Source: an uncultured Nitrososphaeraceae archaeon
GTDB lineage: Archaea > Thermoproteota > Nitrososphaeria > Nitrososphaerales > Nitrososphaeraceae
Assembly (NCBI GenBank): GCA_963728595.1
Contig: CAVSLF010000001.1
Location: forward strand, 1 to 64,000
Direction: 5' to 3'
DNA: 64,000 nt
The translations under genes were made by a program, and so were the position numbers. This document shows, piece by piece, positions 57,580 through 64,000 of the stretch. The notes under the pieces were generated by a model. It had not been told where the DNA came from and ran no database searches. It saw nothing but the letters and a program-made list of their open reading frames with translations. Positions within the stretch are counted from its first letter, which is position 1; every line of letters starts with the position of its first letter.

Positions 57580-57693
57580 GTTTTTGGGTTTCTTCTGTTC
57601 TAGTGTTGTATCTCATTAATACGAGTGGGAAGGTTTCATAAACCTACTCTACGTCTTCTTTTATTTTTTCTATTCGCGACGAGTTCGCTTTTA

Positions 57694-58063
57694 TCAGTTA
57701 ATCAGGTAAGGAATCTTAGATCTCATGTTTCGCAAGACAATTTGAAAAGCAGCCTCATGTTTTACAATTCCATTATCTTCATTAAGCAGAACCCAGACCA
57801 TTAAGTCGGCTATTTCAGGAAAAATAGGTCATCTATGTCAATCACTTCAGTTATCTCTCCTGCAAGCCAAATAGAATCCCATCGTACAGATTCGTCTCTT
57901 TCGTTTCTTAAAATTTGTATAATTTTGTCAAGCCGCTCTCTCCGCGGCAGTTTTCTCATGTCATACTCAGATTCTTTAAGATAATTTCCATTCTTGGGCC
58001 AGTTATTATAGAAGAATCATCTAAGTTTTCTCGCTTGTTGGTTCTGGCAGTTTCCTGAGACAT
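57694..58063 (-). pseudogene. HEAT-repeat protein remnant (DOHH/PBS-lyase-like)
   Basis: ESVRWDSIWLAGE and NGIVKHEAAFQI in different frames; truncated. Confidence 0.6.
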
Positions 58064-58226
58064 ATACTTCAATGAGTTGTAGTCTTATAAAATGATACAC
58101 TAGTGTATTGCATCCCACTGAACCCACACCTACGCTTTATCAATCTAAGGCCAAATACTAAAAAAAGGAGTGTGTTTTTTTTCTTACAGAGTATAGTCAG
58201 TCAATTCTTTACGAACTTTGCTGTAA

Positions 58227-59109
58227 CTACTTGAGCCCTGATGAAGTATTCATCCTGCTTGCGTTCAATAAAATATTGATTGATCCCCCATAGGCGTTTT
58301 GGCCACTCTTGGTAGTGTTCATCAACAATAATTTACCACTGTTAGACTTAATCAAACCATCCGTGGAAGGGCCGGTAAAAATCATATCTCGTTCATTAGG
58401 TGTTTGAGGATTGCCGTGATTGCTATAAGGTGTTTTCATATGTATTTCTTCATTAAGAGAATCATCAAAATAAATTTGAGAAGTCCATTCCAAGTTGTCC
58501 TGCGATTCGTTACCCATCCGAACTTTATCATGAATATGAATAGCCCTGCCAGGATACCAACCAGGATAAATTGTTGAAAACTTAACAGTTCCATTATCGT
58601 CTGTTATTTGATTTCCGCGGAGAAAGTTGCTTCCAAGTGTGGCCATCTCCCCCACTGCCGAATAAACTCCTGTGGAATTAGCGTGCCAGACGTCCACCTT
58701 TGCACCCTTGATAGGAACACATGAGCCGTTATCTACTCCATAGACATGGATTGTTAGAGTAAGGTTGATCCCTTCTTGGGTTACACCGTTTGACGTGTCT
58801 GACGTAATGTCGGAACGATTAGGCATACCGTCCACGAAATATGGTCCCTCTGTCTGTTGTGGTAATCCTTGTAACTTCGAATTAGGTGTCAAGGTGCAAG
58901 TTTCGTTAATTGATGCAGCCTTCTCGGCTGCATAAAGCCCTTGAAACTCCGGCGGTTCAACAGGTGGTTTATTTTCAGGGGTTAAGAGTAGTACCTTGGG
59001 CAAAGCCTTTTAGATAAAAATTTGAAGTATATTGAAATATCAAGACCAAAGAGATAGTCAGTAGTAGCATTAGGAGGTTAGACTGTCGGCAGTAAAGTGA
59101 TATCTTCAT
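58227..59109 (-). CDS. secreted intradiol ring-cleavage dioxygenase-like protein; frameshift near 58985
   Basis: TEGPYF, VDVWHANSTGVYS, LRGNQITD, IYPGWYPGRAIHIH; signal peptide from the ATG at 59109. Confidence 0.85.
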
Positions 59110-59250
59110 TTTAATTATCAAGTCACTTCATTTGTTATATCTGTTCATATTATTTTTGCTTCCGCTCGCTACAATGAATCGAGAATATTCGATGGTTGTG
59201 GTCTCTATTCTAGATACATACTAGTACCACGACCGTCAGCTTAACAATGC

Positions 59251-59705
59251 CTAGAAATCAACTTTCAATGCTTGACAGTCTTCCCATAAATTTGGACCGG
59301 TGAAAACAAAGACTTGGAAATAAAGGTGCGGCAGATAAGTAAAGCCCGCCCGTCATACCCACCTTAGCAATTTGTTCACCTGCGCTTACAATCCCCCCCA
59401 CTTTAACTTTAGAGCTGCCAAATGCAAGGTGGTCATACCGGGTGTACTCTTCATTTTGATGTTTTATAGAGATAAAAATTGAACGGGCCCAAAAGTTTAC
59501 CGACGGACATCCAATATAAGAGTCGTCTTTAACATACGTGATTGTCCCGTCAGCTGCAGCTGAGTACCTACAGTATTTTCATGAGCTAAAAAGTCAACTG
59601 CATTTTCTAGCTTGCCCGAGTGGGCAGGAGAAGAATGACTATCCATACTTATGAGTTGATCAAGTGATTAGGTAGTTGGTACTTGTTTCTCGCAACATAA
59701 CTCAT
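59251..59705 (-). pseudogene. M23/LytM-family metallopeptidase relic
   Basis: PAHSGKLENAVDF, AAADGTI, TRYDHL...VKVG..V.AGEQIAKVGMTG, PHLYFQV; three frameshifts. Confidence 0.75.
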
Positions 59706-59828
59706 AAGAGGATTAATTTTTTGGCCATATTCGAAGTTTTACTCTACAGTTCCCTATTTTCAACCTACATCGATATTATTGCATGGCCGTCTATATCACC
59801 ACAACTTTGGCATTCTAACATTTTGTCT

Positions 59829-60050
59829 TTAATGAACCTGTGTGTGCTCTTTGAGCTCTTGTCGAGTTGCAAACGTCTTTCCTCATTCTTCGCAACTATA
59901 CGTAGCGGCTACATTCGTACTTGATTCATCTGATTTCTCTCCTGCATCTACTCTACTAGTATCCACTTGTAATTCCGCATCGCCCATTTCTGATTCCTGA
60001 GTTTGTACTGATGAATTTACATCGTTAACGTCTTCATTTCTGGTTCTCAT
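59829..60050 (-). pseudogene. small acidic protein with C-terminal C2H2 zinc finger; TGA at the second Cys
   Basis: YSCEE*GKTFATRQELKEHTQVH*. Confidence 0.7.
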
Positions 60051-60145
60051 CTTATAGCCTGCTGGGACAAAGTACTTTAACATTACAACTTTAAGGTGGA
60101 CTTTTGTGTGTTAATAAACAATGAAGCCTACGCTACCAATGATTG

Positions 60146-60394
60146 TTAAATACTTCTTTTCTCTGCACGTTTCGTTTTCAGAAGAAAATATCTGATGAGA
60201 TATTTTTGGTCGTTCAGTCCTGATGATTTCCATAAAAACCTATTAACCTCGTATGAGATACCCCACCAAATAATGCTGTTTACTATAATTGTAAACAGAA
60301 AACCGTAGTAGTAGGTCATTATGGCTCCTGTAATAGTACCACCTATTAGAAAAGGAATTTGTCGCTTTATTATTGACTTGAGAATCTTATCCAA
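60146..60394 (-). CDS. small membrane protein
   Basis: Two hydrophobic segments; the true start may be the ATG near 60447 via a frameshift. Confidence 0.6.
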   Translation of the reverse strand: MDKILKSIIKRQIPFLIGGTITGAIMTYYYGFLFTIIVNSIIWWGISYEVNRFLWKSSGLNDQKYLIRYFLLKTKRAEKRSI

Positions 60395-60523
60395 TGGTTG
60401 TATCCTTTTCTTTGCTGATCGAATGTTCCTTCTATTGTGTCTTCCATACCCCTAAGTATCCAACATACTACTTTAACCTGTGTTGGACAACAGGAGTCTA
60501 GCTTTCGCTAATTGTCGGATTGT

Positions 60524-61381
60524 TTATACTCCTGCTTTCTGTTTCAATTCCTTGTCCAATCCAGGAGAGTATTCTTGCGGAGCTTCTGGCATTTGTGGAA
60601 TGTCGAATCCTTCTGGAAGACCATCCAATGTTTCTACCTCTCCGTCACCAAATGGAGATTCGCCATTAAATATTTCTCCAAGTCCTGATTTATCGTCAGT
60701 GAATGTCCATTGCTGATTGTGTAGATTTCTTTTTTCAAGCGCTTGAACTTCGGGCATTTTTGAACTGTCGGTCTTCGGAACTGGAAATGTCTTATCCCAG
60801 TTAACTCCCAGAGATTCTAATGCCTTCGCGAAGACCTTCTCATGGGCTAGATCTCTCACAATAAGATACGAAACTGTGGCACGGAATGCTTTATTATCGC
60901 TCATTGCATATAGACGACACTTTTGAAGCCTTCCAGTACACTCCAACATAAGGTTGTAGAGAAGATCAAGAACAAGATTTCCACTATTATATACATATGA
61001 TCCAGACCAAGGATTTCCTACAGAGTCAAATGGCATGGCACTCTGTGCGCCTACGAGGAAGTGATGTATGTTAGCTGCATCCAAAGCAGGAGCCAATGGA
61101 AGTTGGTTTGGAGGAGCATTCTCTGTTGTGCCGTCCAACAGCATATTGATAGTTGTTGATATTAGCTCTACATGACCTATTTCTTCGCCTGCAACGCTCT
61201 TTATCAGATCTTGATATGGTTTGGCTTTCCCTCTAAAGTTAAAGTTTTGAAACAAGTATTGCATCATTGTACGCATTTCGCCAAACTGTCCTCCAAGACC
61301 TTCTTGGAGTGCGTTTGCTGCACGGTTATCAGGCTTGTCTTTTGGCAATTGGTTTGCTAGTTTATTTACTGACACGAACAT
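60524..61381 (-). CDS. manganese catalase
   Basis: LQEGLGGQFGEMRTMMQY, EEIGHVE, GNLVLDL, YLIVRDLAH; start at MFVSVNKL. Confidence 0.95.
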   Translation of the reverse strand: MFVSVNKLANQLPKDKPDNRAANALQEGLGGQFGEMRTMMQYLFQNFNFRGKAKPYQDLIKSVAGEEIGHVELISTTINMLLDGTTENAPPNQLPLAPALDAANIHHFLVGAQSAMPFDSVGNPWSGSYVYNSGNLVLDLLYNLMLECTGRLQKCRLYAMSDNKAFRATVSYLIVRDLAHEKVFAKALESLGVNWDKTFPVPKTDSSKMPEVQALEKRNLHNQQWTFTDDKSGLGEIFNGESPFGDGEVETLDGLPEGFDIPQMPEAPQEYSPGLDKELKQKAGV

Positions 61382-61492
61382 GATATCTTTAGTACCACAA
61401 AGGATATTAACTTCTAAAGTCGGTGAAGAGTCCATCATTATGTTACGATCCTAGACGCTGGAAACGTTTGATAGTGTTATTAATAATGATGA

Positions 61493-61994
61493 ATGATTAC
61501 TAATGACATGGCAGATAAAGAAATGATAGAAGAAAAAATAGGCGAAGCTTTAGGATTAGAGAAGGCAGCACAGAAAGGAGTTAAAGAATTAGAATCTAGA
61601 GGATTACTAAAACCTGAACACTTGAAAAAATTGAATACTATGAAAGAGCAAGCTCGCAAGCAGGAGCGAGCGAATGGAAGAATTAATACAAGGATTAACG
61701 GAATCTGACAATTTGGATTCAGAAAAAATTGAAAGTACAGCGGATGAAACTGCTGAAAAAGTCTCAAAAATAATGGAGACTTATTTGGGTGAAGATCCTG
61801 ATACACAAGAGGCGTTGGAATTCCTATGTTTAGCGGAAGGAGGCGAAGTTACTCACTACGAAGTATTGGCTTCAATAGCGAAAGATGTGACAAATAAGAA
61901 ATTTGGAACTACAGTAAGAGCTATTCTGAAGGAAGAACAAGGACACTTAAAGATATGCACAAAGCTTGCAAAGAGCAATGCCGCAGCCGCATAA
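61493..61994 (+). CDS. ferritin-like four-helix protein (YciF/DUF892-like); frameshift near 61670
   Basis: ALGLE, AEGGEVTHYEVL, ILKEEQGH di-metal-type motifs. Confidence 0.75.
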
Positions 61995-62027
61995 TCTTTT
62001 CTTTTTTGTTAATTGAGGGCTTTAGGT

Positions 62028-62565
62028 TCAATTTATTAATATCACTTTATCTTTATGATATTCCATAAGCATGTTTGATTCGTCTTTCGTAAACATAGTT
62101 TCGTAGTCACGTTTATTGTACAAACAGAGCTCTTTCCATCGGTACTGCCTTGAGGTCTTTGTGCAGAGTTTTTTCATACTCCAAGATTTCCGAAGCCTTT
62201 CTTGTATGATTGAAAACTGACATGTCTGCAATTATGAATATTGTTTTGTCACCGAATTGTTTTTCAGTTTTCCTTGCAAGCTCTCTTAATTTTTCAATAT
62301 CTGGAACTTGAAAATATGGGTTGTGAAGAACCTTCATGATATCTAAAATAATCATTGAACCGTTTTTCTCATGGTCTTTCACGCGAACACCCTTCGAGCT
62401 GAGAATACTTCTTACAGTGTCCGTTGTATCATAGGACGAGAGAATCAGAACAACAGAATCAGGTTGCTCTTCCAATTGCCTCTCTACATAACTGGCATAA
62501 ACCTTTCGCATCGTTTCTATGTTAGGATATAATATCAGATAATGGTGACCTGTTGCAACATGCAA
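62028..62565 (-). pseudogene. MEDS-domain sensor-like protein, frameshifted
   Basis: HHYLILYPNIETMRKVY...ADMSVF...EILEYE...LCLY. Confidence 0.7.
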
Positions 62566-62725
62566 GGGAGAACTAAGAACCCCATGCCAGTTGAAGACGC
62601 GCCTTCGATACTATGTCAAGCGGAATGTTTTATTTGAGTTGCTAGCTTATTTTGTACAAATTCTCTGAAAGAGCATAGGATGATAATACACAATCCTTAA
62701 ATGGTATCCTACCAAAATCAAGTCA

Positions 62726-63133
62726 ATGAATAAGGAACTATCAGTTCTAGGAGTAACTATGTCGATCTTGTTGTTTGCGCTAACAACAAGCAGTGTGACA
62801 GCTCAAAACGCCACAACAAACGCAACAAATGCTGTCGGAAATGATAGTGCATCAGTCAATCAAACTGCTTCAGAAGTCGGACAGAATATGTCCACCGCTG
62901 TAGGTAATGCTGGACAAGCCGCAAATCAAACCGTGTCAGAACTTGGTGCTAACGCATCAAACGCAATGAACAAGACCGGTGAGGCGGTGAACGCAACTGC
63001 AAATGAATTGGGTGAAAATGCAACTGATATTGGTTCAACCGTTTTGAACAAGACAGGTGAGGTCGGAAAGAAAATAATTGGCGGGGCTGGAGATGTACTC
63101 GGTAATATAAGTGGCGAAATGAAGAAGCCCTAA
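62726..63133 (+). CDS. secreted LEA-like Asn/Thr/Ala repeat protein
   Basis: Signal peptide; NQTASEVGQNMSTAVGNAG-type ~11/22-aa amphipathic repeats; many N-x-T/S sequons. Confidence 0.75.
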   Translation: MNKELSVLGVTMSILLFALTTSSVTAQNATTNATNAVGNDSASVNQTASEVGQNMSTAVGNAGQAANQTVSELGANASNAMNKTGEAVNATANELGENATDIGSTVLNKTGEVGKKIIGGAGDVLGNISGEMKKP

Positions 63134-63203
63134 GAGCAAAGTAGGTTAACCACAAGTTTTTCTTTTTTATTCTATTCATTTTCCTTAGTGTGTGATGAAA
63201 AAA

Positions 63204-63365
63204 TTAGGCGGGTTCGGATGATTCTTCGTCCTCATCGACCGCTTTAGCTGCTTCTTCGCGTAAGTTCTCTGCTGGTCCAGTTTTAGTTTCAGGTTCTGAT
63301 CCAGCCAAGCCTGTTTTCTTCTGATTCTTCTGTGCTTTCTCTAATTCTTCTGTTGAATCTGTCAT
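63204..63365 (-). CDS. 53-aa acidic hydrophilic microprotein
   Basis: MTDSTEELEKAQKNQKKTGLAGSEPETKTGPAENLREEAAKAVDEDEESSEPA*; paralog of 53471-53629. Confidence 0.8.
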   Translation of the reverse strand: MTDSTEELEKAQKNQKKTGLAGSEPETKTGPAENLREEAAKAVDEDEESSEPA

Positions 63366-63752
63366 CACTATATTGTATGTCCTTAAAGAATATCTGCATT
63401 GTATGAAATTTGGCTTTCGTTGCTTATGAAAATTACAAATATGTACTTCACATCAATCGAGGATAGAATATACGTTTATTCATTGTTATGCAGCATCCTA
63501 TGCCGCTCACAACGACAAATAGTCAAAGTATGCAAAATCTGAACTTCAAGTTGCGATTAACCAACAGGTGGTAAACCTAAGGTTAAATAACCCTGTACCG
63601 CTCATGCAATTGGTTATATGTTGTGTTTACTGCATTGACCTAGAGAATAATTGTGCTAAGATGGCAGCCAGCAGATATTAGTTTTTAGTAAGAAATCTGA
63701 AGACATTTCATATACAATCGATATTAACTATAAAGTGAGATATTAGATACAT

Positions 63753-63917
63753 ATGGTCTTAAACACTCTGATCTACATAGCATTAGTAATAATCGTTATT
63801 ATTGTAATTGTTGTTCTGCTTAGATTTCTATTCGGTGTCCTCTTTATGTTACCTGCAACTTTGGATCATCAGGCAGATATGCTGGTATTCACAAAAGGGA
63901 TCTTTGATATTAGTTAG
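63753..63917 (+). CDS. 54-aa membrane microprotein
   Basis: MVLNTLIYIALVIIVIIVIVVLLRFLFGVLFML...DIS*. Confidence 0.55.
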   Translation: MVLNTLIYIALVIIVIIVIVVLLRFLFGVLFMLPATLDHQADMLVFTKGIFDIS

Positions 63918-64000
63918 AAGAAAATAATTGAATCAGTTAATGTACCGACCAATTCTTTTTATTTGGTTCAATAAAGTGACTTTATGATTTCAATTAATGT

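Noticed and set aside
22408..59885. Alternative genetic code or general stop readthrough
   Set aside because: In-frame stops correspond to different residues (Gln, Gly, Cys), and TGA/TAG end many normal genes
61382..61438. Longer N-terminus of Mn catalase from the ORF track
   Set aside because: The family start fits MFVSVNKL, and a TATA-like element lies within the extension

Overview
AT-rich archaeal-type window. The gene families, leaderless-style TATA spacing and many small Cys/Zn and secreted proteins fit a soil ammonia-oxidising archaeon (Nitrososphaeraceae). This is inference: no amo, rRNA, tRNA or CRISPR array is visible. It is mostly accessory DNA. About 25-30 frameshifts or stops break otherwise recognisable genes, so long-read indel error and true decay cannot be separated. 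Recognisable genes: Rieske ferredoxin, class III CoA transferase, two alpha/beta hydrolases, MarR, PPOX/F420 oxidoreductase, cNMP-thioredoxin reductase, cupredoxin, malic enzyme, metallophosphoesterase, Zn dehydrogenase plus putative carbonic anhydrase, amt plus P-II, SemiSWEET, Rieske-flavodoxin fusion, nadE, intradiol dioxygenase and Mn catalase. Highlights: (1) a ~1,900-aa PKD/NHL/Ig/metzincin/PxKF surface protein; (2) a provirus-like remnant with a terminase C-terminal fragment; (3) an ~11-kb candidate desiccation/general-stress island mirroring bacterial SigB/RpoS regulon content, with a hidden Gly-rich secreted protein and an M23 peptidase relic; (4) a ~114-nt structured candidate ncRNA with its own TATA box; (5) an orphan copy of a Cys-rich C-terminal module; (6) several microproteins missed by the ORF track.
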